Positions 1 through 12,092 of a stretch of 64,000 nt of DNA are shown here, in pieces; the stretch's first letter is position 1; each line of letters begins with the position of its first letter. The DNA comes from Mobula hypostoma (Eukaryota). The stretch is from contig NC_086110.1 of NCBI RefSeq assembly GCF_963921235.1, positions 124,001 to 188,000 of the forward strand, read 5' to 3'. A program made the position numbers and the translations under genes. Below the pieces are notes generated by a model. It was not told the DNA's origin, did not search any database, and worked only from the letters and a program-made list of their open reading frames with translations.

Positions 1-400
1 ATACAGAAAAAAAGTAAATCAATTGCAGTAGGTATACAAATGTATATTCAATAGATTAATTAAAAATAGTGCAAAAACAAATAATATTAAAAAATGAGGT
101 ACTGTTTAAGGGTTCAATGTCCATTTGGGAATCAGATGGCAGGGGGAAGAAGCTGTTCCTGAATCACTGAGTGTGTACCTTCAGGCTTCTGTACCTCCTA
201 CCTGATGGTAGCAATGAGAAGAGGGCATGTCCTGAGTGATGGAGGTCTTTAATAATAGATGCTTCCTTTCTGAGGCACCGTTCCTTGAAGATGTTGTGGA
301 TTCTACGGAGACTAGTACCCAAAACAGAGATGACTAATTTCACAACTTTCTGTAGCTTCTTTTGATCCTGTGCAGTAGATGCTCCCCACGCACCATGGTA
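1..400 (-). mobile_element. Rex1/Babar-type non-LTR retrotransposon 3' fragment
   Basis: ORF 164-403 ends IIKDLHHSGHALFSLLPSGRRYRSLK, the typical Rex1/Babar C-terminus. Confidence 0.8.
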
Positions 401-649
401 CATCTGCAGAAGGTTTTGAGTGTTTCAGGTGACAAACCAAATCGCCTCAAAATCCTAACGAAATAGATTAGATTAGATTAAATCAGCCACAGCAGTGTCT
501 CCTTCACCTCAGACTGTTGAAGTTTGGTCTGGGTCCCCACATCCCAAGAATATTTACAGAGACAGCTGTGTAAAATGGGCCCGATGGATCACTGGGGAAC
601 CGAGTCACCCCAACCACAAACTATTCTAGCTGCTGCCCTCCGGGTAACA

Positions 650-1385
650 GTACCACAGCATAAAAGCCAGGCCCATCAGGTTCCGGGACAGCTTCTTCCA
701 CCAGGCCATCGGAATGATTAATTCACACTGATACAATTATATTTCTATGCTATATTGACTATCCTGTTGTACATACTATTTATTACAAGTTACTATAAAT
801 TTCACATTACACCTTCAGACAGAGACGTAATGTAACAATTTTTACTCCTCATGTATGTAAAGTATGTAAGAAATAAAGTCAATTCAATTCAAAGTTCATA
901 ATCAGCTCTTTGGTCTTACTGACGTTGAGTACCAGGTTGTTGCTGTGACACCACTCCACTAGTTGGCAAATCTCACTCCTGTACGCCCTCTCGTCACCAT
1001 CTGAGATTCTGCCAACAATGGTTGTATCGTCAGCAAATTTATAGATGGTATTTGAACCATGCCTAGCCACGCAGTCATGTGTATATAGAGAGTAGAGCAG
1101 TGGGCTAAGCACACACCCCGGAGGTGCACCAGTGTTGATCGTCAGCGAGGAGGAGATGTTATTACCAATTCACACAGATTGTTGTCTTCTGGTAAGCAGT
1201 TCGAGGATTCAGTTGCAAAGTTCTGTAGCTTATCAATCAGGACTGTGGGAATGATGGTGTTAAATGCTGAGCTATAGTCAACAAGCAGCATCCTGACAAA
1301 GGTGTTTGTATTGTCCCGATGCTTTCGGGCTATGTGAAGAGCCATTGAGATAGCATCTGCTGCAGATCCATTGTAGCAATAGCAG
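650..1385 (-). mobile_element. Rex1/Babar RT fragments (minus 890-1385) plus a + strand 3' tail (650-890)
   Basis: PLLYSLYTHDC..KFADDTTIVG..NVSKTKELI and LLVDYSSAFNTI RT motifs; (tcaat)n tail near 880-890. Confidence 0.85.
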
Positions 1386-1669
1386 CTTTGATTATGTCAG
1401 AAAGTTGCTAAAGTAATCCTGGAATGGGTGCAGCTGCTGAGTACACAGCAAGATCACATACTGGATTGTGATTGTGAACTTGTTTTGGGCTGTTTGGCAG
1501 CGGTGTCAGTAGGGGAATTCTCCTTGGCCTTCTGAAGGCCAGTCTGATCCACAGGATACCCTCCACCCAGTGATAGCTTGTCCACACTCCACTGTGTTTC
1601 CTGGGCTCTGTGCTCTATCAACCTGTCTGATTTTATGGCAGGTCCGAGGAACTGCCTGAGGATAGTGTT

Positions 1670-2320
1670 ATAGAGTCAGACAACACTACAGCCAGAAGTA
1701 GGCCCTTTGGCCCATCTAGTCTGTGCCGAAATATTATTCTGTATTCTGCCTAGTCCCATTGACTTGCAGCTGGACCATAGCCCTCATTCCCCTTCCTGTC
1801 TAAACACTGATTCAAATTTCTCTTAAATGTTGAAATCAAACCTGCAGCCATCGCTTGTGCTGGCAGCTCGTTCCCCACTCTCACCACCCTCTGAGTGAAG
1901 ACATTCCCCTTAATATTTCAGCTTTCACCCTCAACCTATGACCTCTAGTTCTAGTCTTAATTTTTCCTCAGTGGAAAAATCCTGCTAGCATTAACCCTAC
2001 CTATGCTGTTGATGATTTGGTAAACCTCGATCAAATCTGCCTGCATTCTCCTGCGCTCCAGGCAATAGAGTCCTAACTTATTCAAACATTCCCTGCAACT
2101 CAGGCAGTTCTAGTCTTAATTTTTCCTCAGTGGAAAAATCCTGCTAGCATTAATCCTACCTATACTGCTGATGATTTGGTAAACCTCGATCAAATCTGCC
2201 TGCATTCTCCTGCGCTCCAGGCAATAGAGTCCTAACTTATTCAAACATTCCCTGCAATTCAGGCCCTCAGGTCCCGAAAATATCCTGGTAAATTTTCTCC
2301 ATACAGTTTGAATTTTAGTG
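1670..2320 (-). mobile_element. CR1 LINE 3' fragment with internal 159-bp tandem duplication (1947-2105 / 2106-2264)
   Basis: CR1 3' UTR and ORF2 end; two near-identical copies starting agttctagtcttaatttttcctcag. Confidence 0.8.
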
Positions 2321-3104
2321 AGTTTTGACTACAACATCAATTATAAACCTGTCTGGCGTTGCCCTGTGCTCCAACACTGTCCATTGCAGTGTTTCCAGGA
2401 ATGATCAATTCTGATCACACCATGACATCTTACCTCATTTCATTAAAAGAAAATCAATCCTCCAGAGGATTCTGCAGGTCAGACAGCATCTGTGGATGCA
2501 GAGGGATGTTAAAGTTTGGGGTGGGTACCCTTCCTCAGGACTGAGGAGGTAGCCAGTGGAATTTGTTGAGGGGTAACAGTGAGACGAGGGTAGGTAGGTG
2601 ATAGGTGGAGCCAGTGGGGATGATGGGGCCAGGTGGATGGAGAGGGAGAGATGGTGTTGGGAGACAGGAGCTGAGTAATGAGTAGGGACAGGTGGGGAAT
2701 GAGTACAAAAGGGGGCAAATAGTTAAATAAAGAGAAAGGGAGAGGCAGAAGCTAAAAGGTGAAAGGACAGAAAGGTGAATAATGAAACCAGTTAAGGGAG
2801 CGAGGAGGGAGGAGGAGTTGGGAGAATTTCACATCATTCTGAAGGCTGAAACTCAGGACCTCTCCAGCAGTTCGAAATGGGACAAGTGAGCAGGGCTTTG
2901 GGCTGTCACGAATTGTACTCAGTTACACTCTCTAAGCTCATGGCTGTCAGCTCTTTCAGTGCTGATTAGCCAGGGGAACCAATCCTTGCCTAACAACCAG
3001 AGCACGAACGAGTCAGGAGCAACGACAGGTGAATGGCCAACCTTGGAGATCTGTAGTGTGAAGTGAGTTGTGAAAAAGTAGTTCTCTGTACAGAGTTTAT
3101 GGCC

Positions 3105-4727
3105 ACAAGACCATAATGCATAGGAGCAGAATTAGGCCATCTGGCCCATCGAGTCTGTTCTGTCATTCAATCATGGCTGATCCTTTTTCTCTCCTCCTCA
3201 ACCCCAGTTCCTGGCCTTCACCCCGTAACCTTGGACACCATGTCCAATCAATCTCTGCCTTTAATACACCCAACGGCCTGTCCTCCACAGCTGCATGTGG
3301 CAACAAATTCCACAAATTCACCACCCTCTGGCTAAAGAAATTTCTCTGCATCTCTGCTTTGAATGGAAGCCCCTCTATCCTGAGGCTGTGCTCTCTTGTC
3401 CTAGACTCTCCCACCATGGGAAACATCCTTTCCACATCTACTCTGTCTAGGCCTTTCAACATTCAAGAGGTTTCAATGAGATCCCCCTCATCTCTCTAAA
3501 TTCCAGCGAGTACAGACCCAGAGCCATCAAACATTCCTTATTTGATATCCCTTTCATTCCTGGAAACATCCTTGTGAACCTCCTCTGGACCCTCTCCAAT
3601 GCCAGCACATCTTTTCTAAGATGAGGGGCCCAAAACTGTTCACAATACTCAAGGTGAGGCCTCACCAGTGCCTTATAAAGTCTCAACATCACATCCCTGC
3701 TCTTGTATTCTAGACCTCTTGAAATGAATGCTAACATGGCATTTGCCTTCCCCACTACCGACTCAACCTGCAAGTTAATCTTTAGGGTGTTCTGCACAAG
3801 GACTCCCAAGTCCCTTTGCATCTCAGATTTTTGGATTTTCTCCCCATTTAGATAATAGTCTGCACATTTATTTCTATTACCAAAATGCAAGACCATTCAT
3901 TTTCCAACATTATATTTCATTTGCCACTTTCTTGTCCATTCTCTTAATCTGTCTAAGCCCTCCTGCATCTTACCTGTTTCCTCAACACTACCTGCCCCTC
4001 CCCAGTTTTGGTATCATCTGCAAACTTGGCAACAAAGCCATCTATTTCATCATCTAAATCATTTATATACAGCACAAAAAGAAGTGGTTCCAACACCGAC
4101 CCCTGCAGAACACCACTAGTCACTAGTGCCCAACCAGACAAGGATTCTTTTAATCCCACTCACTGCCTTCTTCCAAACAGCCAATGCTCTAACCATGTTA
4201 TTAACTTTCCTGTAATACCACGGGCTCTTAACTTGGTAAGGAGCCTCATGTGTGACATCTTGTTACAGGCCTTCTGAAAGTCCAAATATATAACATCCAC
4301 TGCATCCTCTTTATTTATCCCATTAGTAATTTCCTTAAAGAATTCCAACAGATTTGTCAGGCACGATTTTCCTTAAGGAAACCATGCTGACTTTGTCCTA
4401 TCTTTACCTGTATAATCAAATACTCCATCACTTCGTCCTTAACACTAGACTCTAACATCTTCCCAAAAGCTGAGATCAGACTAACTGGTCTATAATTTCC
4501 TTTCTGCTGCCTCCCTCCTTTCTTAAAGAGTGGGCTGACATTTGCAATTCTCCAGGCCTCTGGCCAGAGTCCAATGATTTCTGAAAGATCATTTCTAATG
4601 CTGCCACAATCTCTAACGCTACCTCTTTCAGAAACCTCGGGAGCAGTTCATCTGGCCTGGGTGACTTGTGTACTTTCTGGTCTCTTAGCTTTTTGAGCAC
4701 CTTCTCCCTTGTAATAGTAACTGCACT
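3105..4727 (-). mobile_element. CR1 LINE ORF2 remnant
   Basis: YLDFQKA, SGVLQGSVL, KFADDTK, LYKALVRPHLEYC, FFSQRVVNLWN motifs across frameshifted ORFs. Confidence 0.92.
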
Positions 4728-5850
4728 CTCAGGGTCACAGTGCAAATTGACAGGGTGATTAATGGACAAATCACTCAGGGTCACAGTGCAAATTGACAGG
4801 GTGATTAATGGACAGATCACTCAGGGTCACAGTGCAAATTGACAGGGTGATTAATGGACAGATCACTCAGGGTCACAGTGCAAATTGGCAGTGATTAATG
4901 GACAGATCCCTCAGGGTCACAGTGCAAATTGACAGGGTGATTAATGGACAGATCCCTCAGGGTCACAGTGCAAATTGGCAGTGATTAATTGACAGATCCC
5001 TCAGGGTCACAGTGCAAATTGGCAGGGTGATTAATGGACAGATCCCTCAGGGTCACAGAGCAAATTGACAGAGTCATTAATGGACAGATCCCTCAGGGTC
5101 ACAGTGCAAATTGACAGGGTGATTAATCGACAGATCACTCAGGGTCACAGTGCAAATTGGCAGGGTGATTAATGGACAGATCCCTCAGGGTCACAGAGCA
5201 AATTGACAGAGTCATTAATGGACAGATCCCTCAGGGTCACAGTGCAAATTGACAGGGTGATTAATCGACAGATCCCTCAGGATCACAGTGCAAATTGACA
5301 GAGTGATTAATGGACAGATCCCTCAGGGTCACAGAGCAAATTGACAGAGTCATTAATGGACAGATCCCTCAGGGTCACAGTGCAAATTGACAGGGTGATT
5401 AATCGACAGATCCCTCAGGATCACAGTGCAAATTGACAGAGTGATTAATGGACAGATCCCTCAGGGTCACAGTGCAAATTGGCAGTGATTAATTGACAGA
5501 TCCCTCAGGGTCACAGTGCAAATTGACAGGGTGATTAATGGACAGATCCCTCAGGGTCACAGTGCAAATTGGCAGTGATTAATGGACAGATCCCTCAGGG
5601 TCACAGTGCAAATTGACAGGGTGATTAATCAACAGATCCCTCAGGGTCACAGTGCAAATTGACAGGGTGATTAATGGACAGATCCCTCAGGGTCACAGTG
5701 CAAATTGGCAGTGATTAATTGACAGATCCCTCAGGGTCACAGTGCAAATTGACAGAGTGATTAATGGCAGATCCCTCAGGGTCACAGTGCAAATTAACAC
5801 AGTGATTAATGGCAGATCCCTCAGGGCTGTGCAAATTGTCAGGGTGATTA
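4728..5850 (+). repeat. 46-bp (44-46) minisatellite, about 24-25 units, consensus ctcagggtcacagtgcaaattgacagggtgattaatggacagatcc
   Basis: Directly visible tandem array; period 46 (4728 to 4774); runs into CR1 sequence on its right. Confidence 0.97.
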
Positions 5851-6165
5851 AGAAGGTGTATGATCTGTTGGCTGATGGGGGATTGATTTCAAGAGACATA
5901 AGTTAGTGTTGCAGCTCTATAAAACCCTAGTTCAGCCACACTGGTCAATTCTAGTCGCTTCATTATCAGAAAGATGTGGAAACTTTAGAGAGGGTGCAGA
6001 GATTGCCCAGGATGATTCCAGGATTAGAGAGCATGTCGTATGAGGATAGTTTGATGAAGCTAGGGTTTTTCCTTTGGAGCGAATGAGGATGAGAGGTGAC
6101 TTCATAGAGATGTGCACAATGATAAGAGGCACAGATCGAGTGGACAACCAGAGACTTTTCCTAGG
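5851..6165 (+). mobile_element. CR1 LINE ORF2 C-terminal fragment
   Basis: Degenerate KKVY..LYKTLV.PH..LERVQR coding-like sequence. Confidence 0.75.
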
Positions 6166-6435
6166 TAGTATACTCCATACACTGTTAAGAAGTGGCTGAG
6201 GGCGCTGGATGCAGTAATCATCAGCTAAGTAACAGAAAGCGTCATTTTCAGAGCTATCAAGTGATGCCTCATCTCCATTAGCATGTTCTCTGATTCTTAG
6301 TTTTAATTCGTGGTTCAAACATAGGCTAAGGAATTGCACCGCCTTTCACATTGGGTTGTACTGGTGCAATCAGTGGAAGTCACGGGGAAAATAGCCCATT
6401 GGCAGAAAGCATACCTTCTGTCATAACTGTCATCT

Positions 6436-6890
6436 ATAGGAGGGATGATTGATCAGTTCGTGGCCTAAGGTAGAAGGGGTCAATTTTAGAAATCCTAGCA
6501 CATTTACTTTTCAACACAGTCCCCTCCTACATGTACACACTTAGTCCAGCGGTCGTGGAGCATACGGATCCCTTCTTCGTAGAAGTGGTTCGTAGCAGGG
6601 GTGATTGATAAGTTCGTGGCCTAAGGTAGAAGGAGATGAGTTATTAACTTCAAACTTTCTGCATTATCACTCAAAGAGTTGAACTGCATGTGCATGTAAC
6701 AAGAGCTGTATAACTCATTTCCAAGTGGTCCACAGCAGGGGTGATTGATAAGTTCGTGACGGTAGAAGGAGATGAGTTATACAGCTCTCGCTACATGCTC
6801 GTGCAGTTCAACTCTTTGAGTGAAAATGCAGAAAGTTTGAAGCTAATAACTCATCTCCTTCTACCTTAGGCCACGAACTTATCAATCACC
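6436..6890. mobile_element. Non-autonomous Tc1/mariner-type MITE with repeated TIR modules
   Basis: Three direct copies and one terminal inverted copy of ggggtgattgataagttcgtggcctaaggtagaagg; same family as 61186-61535, which starts TA|CGAGGGG. Confidence 0.7.
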
Positions 6891-6907
6891 CTGTGTGTGT
6901 GAATGAG

Positions 6908-7212
6908 NNNNNNNNNNNNNNNNNNNNNNNNNNNNNNNNNNNNNNNNNNNNNNNNNNNNNNNNNNNNNNNNNNNNNNNNNNNNNNNNNNNNNNNNNNNNN
7001 NNNNNNNNNNNNNNNNNNNNNNNNNNNNNNNNNNNNNNNNNNNNNNNNNNNNNNNNNNNNNNNNNNNNNNNNNNNNNNNNNNNNNNNNNNNNNNNNNNNN
7101 NNNNNNNNNNNNNNNNNNNNNNNNNNNNNNNNNNNNNNNNNNNNNNNNNNNNNNNNNNNNNNNNNNNNNNNNNNNNNNNNNNNNNNNNNNNNNNNNNNNN
7201 NNNNNNNNNNNN
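6908..7212. other. Assembly gap (N run)
   Basis: Run of n. Confidence 1.
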
Positions 7213-8315
7213 CTTGGCCAGCTCCACTAATTGAAGTAAGACAGTAACAGTCACGTCTGCCTGTGGGACTCACACATCCGGCAAAGGGAGATATTGCTGA
7301 TACTTCAGTTCACTGCAACAACACTGGCACCCTGATCCCACCCCTAACCTCAGGCTGGACTGCGGTGACCCCGACAGAAAGACCTAGCAGCCACTACCTG
7401 CCTCACCTATCAAACAATGCACACATCCAGGGCTTGGAACAGGGGTACGAAAGCTCGGCAGCCATTGACAGGCTCTCCCTCCAGACCCAGATAACACGGC
7501 GAGGCAGAGTTGCTTGGCTTGCTCATGTCACATGTCTGTCCCCTGGGTTGTGGTCAGTTCGGTAACAGGCCCAGTGTGAGTGAGTGAAACAGGCTGTTGT
7601 GTGTGCAATTACACACCGGAGGCTGGAGCAACTCAACGGGTAAGGCAGCGTCTCTGGAGGGAAGCGGAGTGTTCATATTTTGGGCCCAGACCCTTCATCT
7701 GGACCACAGATAGACACGTCTTGATGTCCACTGACAGCATGAGATCATCCCTGTTCATATAGCCTTCTGCCATTGGCCAGATTACATGCTTTTGAAAGCT
7801 GTCCCTCCTTTGGCTACACCAATAACACCCTGTTCAAATGCGCCCCCGCCCCCCATTCAGGTGGCCTACACTATTAGCTACACCAGGCTGACGTATGACG
7901 GGATCCAGTTTAACTGAGTCGGCCATCCCCGACAGAGAAGGTACTGCTGTCTGCACTGAGGGTGGGAGTGTTCTGCTGCACACCCAGGATGATCTTCTCT
8001 GATGAAATCAATCTTCCTTCCACTACAGCAGCTTCTGACCGAAAATAGCATGGTAGCCATGGCAACACGGTGGCAGACATGGCACCTGTTGACACGAGGT
8101 GCTGGCTGGTGCTCGGGAGACACCAGACCGGCCTGCTGTCTGTGCTTGTGAAGGGAAAAAACAGCCTGTGAGGTGGCTGCTGCCTTTCACTTGTGGGATG
8201 TGCTCCCGCTCCTGTAGCCGAGTTGTGACTTCCTGCTCTGTCAGTCAGGATGTGATGCGCAAGTGGCTCGAAGTAATGACTTTCTCTGTTTCTCCCTCCC
8301 CTCTCCCTGCTGCAG

Positions 8316-8341
8316 TCACGTGGACACCAAGGAGCTCTGTG
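8316..8341 (+). CDS. NECAB2: NECAB2 internal 26-nt exon (xHVDTKELCx, end of EF-hand 2)
   Basis: Polypyrimidine tract + tgcag acceptor, gtaagt donor at 8342; HVDTKELC matches recalled vertebrate NECAB2 NHVDTKELCDYF; phase joins the next exon (g+at = Asp). Confidence 0.9.
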
Positions 8342-8570
8342 GTAAGTTGAGCAACGCTGCTGTCTCCTCTGTCAAATCGCCCCGGCGTGCAGTTTACGTC
8401 TGCGGGGTCCATCTCTCAGCAGGTTGTGCAGTCAGAGAACAACACTCCTGGGTACAGCTTCCTGCCTCCACTCTCACGTGCCCAACAGGGAGTTTGTTGT
8501 CAGGTTTATTGTTGTGGGCACACGTACCGAGGGTAATATTGCCATGAAAATCAGCTGGATGCAGCTCATT

Positions 8571-8768
8571 ACAGTCCATTACAAACATTACCAACAGCAA
8601 CAACACGGCCCATTACAAACATTACCAATGGCAACAACATGGTCCATTAAAAACATTACCAACGGCAACAACACAGTCCATTACAAACATTACCAACGGC
8701 AACAACACAGTCCATTACAAACATTACCAACGGCAACAACACAGTCCATTACAAACATTACCAACAGC
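8571..8768 (+). repeat. 34-bp tandem repeat, about 6 copies (acagtccattacaaacattaccaacggcaacaac)
   Basis: Period 34 visible (8571, 8605...). Confidence 0.95.
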
Positions 8769-8859
8769 ATCTAAAGTTAACATAACTTAAATGACATAAT
8801 AAAAAATGACATTACCACATTAGTGCAAGGATCTGCTGAGCCAGGATTAGGGTTTTCAG

Positions 8860-9260
8860 GTCATGGTGGCAGTGGAGAAACAGCTGTTGTTGCACTTTGA
8901 GATGGAAACCAGGGAGGCAGGATTGAGAAAAGGTCATTTCCTAGCTGATGAGAATACTTAACGACGGATGTCACCTCCTGAGATATCGACTGGTAGATGT
9001 CCTCAATAGTGTGAAGATCTGTACCCAGGCAATGGATGAATCTGCACTCATTGTAGCCTCTGCATTGGAGTTTCCATGACATCGTCTGTGATCCTGCCAA
9101 CAGCAGTGGTGCCATTGGCGAAAATGTAGGTTGTGCTGGAGCTGTGCACAGCGACATGCCTTTGCTCTCTCAGCTGCCTTCCTCATGGCAGGGTCTTGTG
9201 GGGTGCTGAGGCACCAAGCCGCTCTCTTGTTTTATCCCACTAGCATGGTAGGAGGTCATG
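8860..9260 (-). mobile_element. Degraded Rex1/Babar fragments
   Basis: Remnants of KFSPMAPLLLAG / DLFSILP / MRKAAERAK resembling other Rex1 copies in the window. Confidence 0.55.
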
Positions 9261-9429
9261 GGAGAGGAGACCACCTCCTTAACTCCCCAGCCCATGAGGG
9301 ACTTCCTACCTCTTGGTGGACCACGGGTGACAAGACCCTGAGGACCACGAGGCTAAGTGTAGTCAGCACAGCAGAGCAGGCCCTGCCTGGCCTATTCCCA
9401 GTGAGCACCCAGCCTAAGACTGAGGCTCA

Positions 9430-10207
9430 TGTGCCATGCGGGAGGAGCACCAGAGGGAGGCGATGGGTAGGCAAAGGAGATAAGATGAGAGAAGGAAAAG
9501 GGAGTGGGGAATGGTGAAGGAGAGGAGAGGGGGGCATTACTGGAAGTTCGAAAAATTGATGTTCATTCCATCAGGTTGGAGGCTACCCAGACAGAATATA
9601 AAGTGTTATTCCTCCAACCTGAGTGTGGCCTCATCATGGTAGTAGAGGAGGCTGTGAGTTGACATATCGGAATGGGAATGGGAAGTGGAATTAAAACGGG
9701 TGGCCACTGGGAGATCCTGCTTCTTCTGGCGAGCACCTACACTCTGTTGGCTACCCTCAGGCTGGAGGAACAACACCTTGTACTCCGTCTGGGTAGCCTC
9801 TAACCTGGTGGCATGAATGTCGATTTCTCAAACTTCTGGTAATGGCCTCTCCCTTCCTTCACCATTCCTCATCCCATTTTCTCTTTTTCACCTTATCTTC
9901 TTGTCTGCCCATAGCCTCCTTTTGGGGCTGCTCCCTCTTTTTCTTTCTTCCATGGCTTTCTGTCCTCTTCTATCAGACTCCCGTTCTCCAGCTCTGTACC
10001 TCTTTCACCAATAAATCCCAGCTATTTACTTCACCCTTCTCCTCTGGGTTTCACCTATCACCTCTCTCCCCTTCCCTGAATTTTCAATCTACTCATCTTT
10101 TTTTCTCCAGACCTGCTGAAGGGTCTCGGCCCAAGACGTTGACTGTACTCTTTTCTGTAGATGCTGCCTGGCCTGCTGAGTTCCTCAAACAGTTTGTGCG
10201 TGTTGCC
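9430..10207. mobile_element. Penelope-like element 3' end, head-to-head inverted arrangement (minus arm ~9430-9730, plus arm ~9731-10207)
   Basis: GIY-YIG C-terminal coding sequence (LRLEEQHL..RLGSL.P.GMN.DFSN) on both strands; degenerate hammerhead at 10108-10145. Confidence 0.85.
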
Positions 10208-10961
10208 ATCTAATCTACTCACGATCCCAGCGTATCTGGCTGTCATAACGGTTAAACACCTTGAATGTTTCTGATATTGACAGTTGTTTAAAACAATCAT
10301 GACTGTGAGATGATGACCTTCAACAATCACAACCACTATGAGTCTAAAATGTAATAATTATTTACTGTTCTTTAACTGTGAAGTTTAAGATATTTAAAAG
10401 AAAAGATTTAAGGAAACAAGTTTAGAAAAATTTAAGTTAATAAATAACCGTCTGTCCTTTGGAGGTCATTGCCTAGATTAAATCAGTGGGGAAGCAGTAG
10501 GTGTAATGAAGGTTTTTGGGGAAAACACTCCATTTTAGTTGCAGTCAGATCTTAGGCAAAGGGAAACACTTGTTGCCGGAATTCAATAATCCCAGTCCCG
10601 GGATATCACTGCAATATTTCCCCAGGACTCCATACTGTACTCAGCTGTCCAAATCAATGAGCTTCCTTTCATCTAGAGGGCCGAGTGGCAGAGTGGCCAG
10701 GTTCAGTTTTAACCTCTGCAACAAATGAAGCAGTCCACATCCGCACGCTGCTGGCCTTAGACAGTATGTGTGACACATCAGAGTCATATTACAGATATGC
10801 AAGGCAGTGACCACTTGCTACAAGAAGGACTCCTGTCCTCAACATTCAGTGCATTATCATCACAGTGTGCCCCACTATTAGTGCCGTCCAGATCAGAAAT
10901 GACCGGAACATCAAATGGATTAACCCTGCAATGTGCCCTCCGGGCAATGGGCCCAGTTGCT

Positions 10962-11870
10962 AATAGGCCCCGCTGTTTATGGGTCCCATGATACAGGACC
11001 TCCGGCCCTCCTAGGTTAGATCTTCACTCCCGCTAGCCACCACTCTGTACTGCAGCAGCATCAAGTCTCACACTGAACCACTGACCCCAAAACCCACCTG
11101 AGAGCCAGGGCAGGGGGTAAGGTAAGCCTCAGTAACCCCTCAGCTGTGACTCTTCTGCCAAGATTCCTCACCGATGCCCCTCAGTAGTGATCCCTCAGCC
11201 ATGAATCATCAGGACATGATCCCCATGTAACATCCATGTGTGAGAAGATTCCTGCATTGGGAAAACAGGGCACCCAAGGCACGTAAAACACAGGGCAACC
11301 CACCACACAGGAAGGGGATGGATTGTCAGACATTCAGTTTACCATTGGATTTAGGGACAGTGCAGGAAGAGAGTGCTGAGGGGGGAAGATGGATGTGAGC
11401 AGTGTGAGAGAGCACAGGGTGCTCTGTTCCTGAGGGGGAAGATGGAGTGTGAGGCAGCACAGCGTCCCCTGTTGCTGAGGGGGGAAGATGGTGAGGAGTG
11501 TGAGAGAGCACGGGGTCCCCTGTTCTTGTCCCCGGGTTATGTGTTCATTGTTGCAGCCTCAGTGTGTTCGATGTTGGGTAGAGCCACAGAGAGTTACAGC
11601 AGAGAAACAGGGTTTTTGGCCATTGTCTGTGTCCACCCATTGACAACAAACACATTTGATGCATGGATTTTCCTTTATTTTGAGGAAAATACTCCCCACA
11701 GACCTCAGACCTTACCCCCTGCCCTAGCTCTCAGGTGGGTTTTGGGGTCAGTGGTTCAGTGTGAGACTTGATGCTGCTGCAGTACAGAGTGGTGGCTAGC
11801 GGGAGTGAAGATCTAACCTAGGAGGGCCAGAGGTCCTGTATCACGGGACCCATAAACAGCGGGGCCTATT
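10962..11870. repeat. 162-bp inverted repeat (10962-11123 and 11709-11870), 3 mismatches, 585-bp spacer
   Basis: Manual reverse-complement alignment, no indels. Confidence 0.95.
11355..11525 (+). repeat. About 55-bp degenerate tandem repeat x3 (ctgagggggaagatgg..gtgtgagagagcac)
   Basis: Three visible copies inside the inverted-repeat spacer. Confidence 0.8.
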
Positions 11871-12092
11871 CCTTCTGCACTCAAGGAAGCCGTGCCTCCC
11901 AGTTACACCCTCATGACCAATCAGTTTTCTAATCTGTCCAAGTCTGGAATGTGTGAGGAAACCGGGTCACTCAGAGGGAACTCACATGGTCTAGGGGGAA
12001 TGTACAAATTCTTTACAGACTGTGGCAGACCTGAACCTGGGGTGCTGGTGTTGTAGCTGCATTATGATGGCCACTACCCCACCGTGATGCCC
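11871..12092 (-). mobile_element. V-SINE (HE1-like)
   Basis: Reverse complement of the V domain (gaggaaaccgggtcactcagagggaactcac) and a tRNA-like head. Confidence 0.7.

Noticed and set aside
4728-5850. CRISPR-like array
   Set aside because: Units are contiguous with no unique spacers, the context is eukaryotic and there are no cas genes
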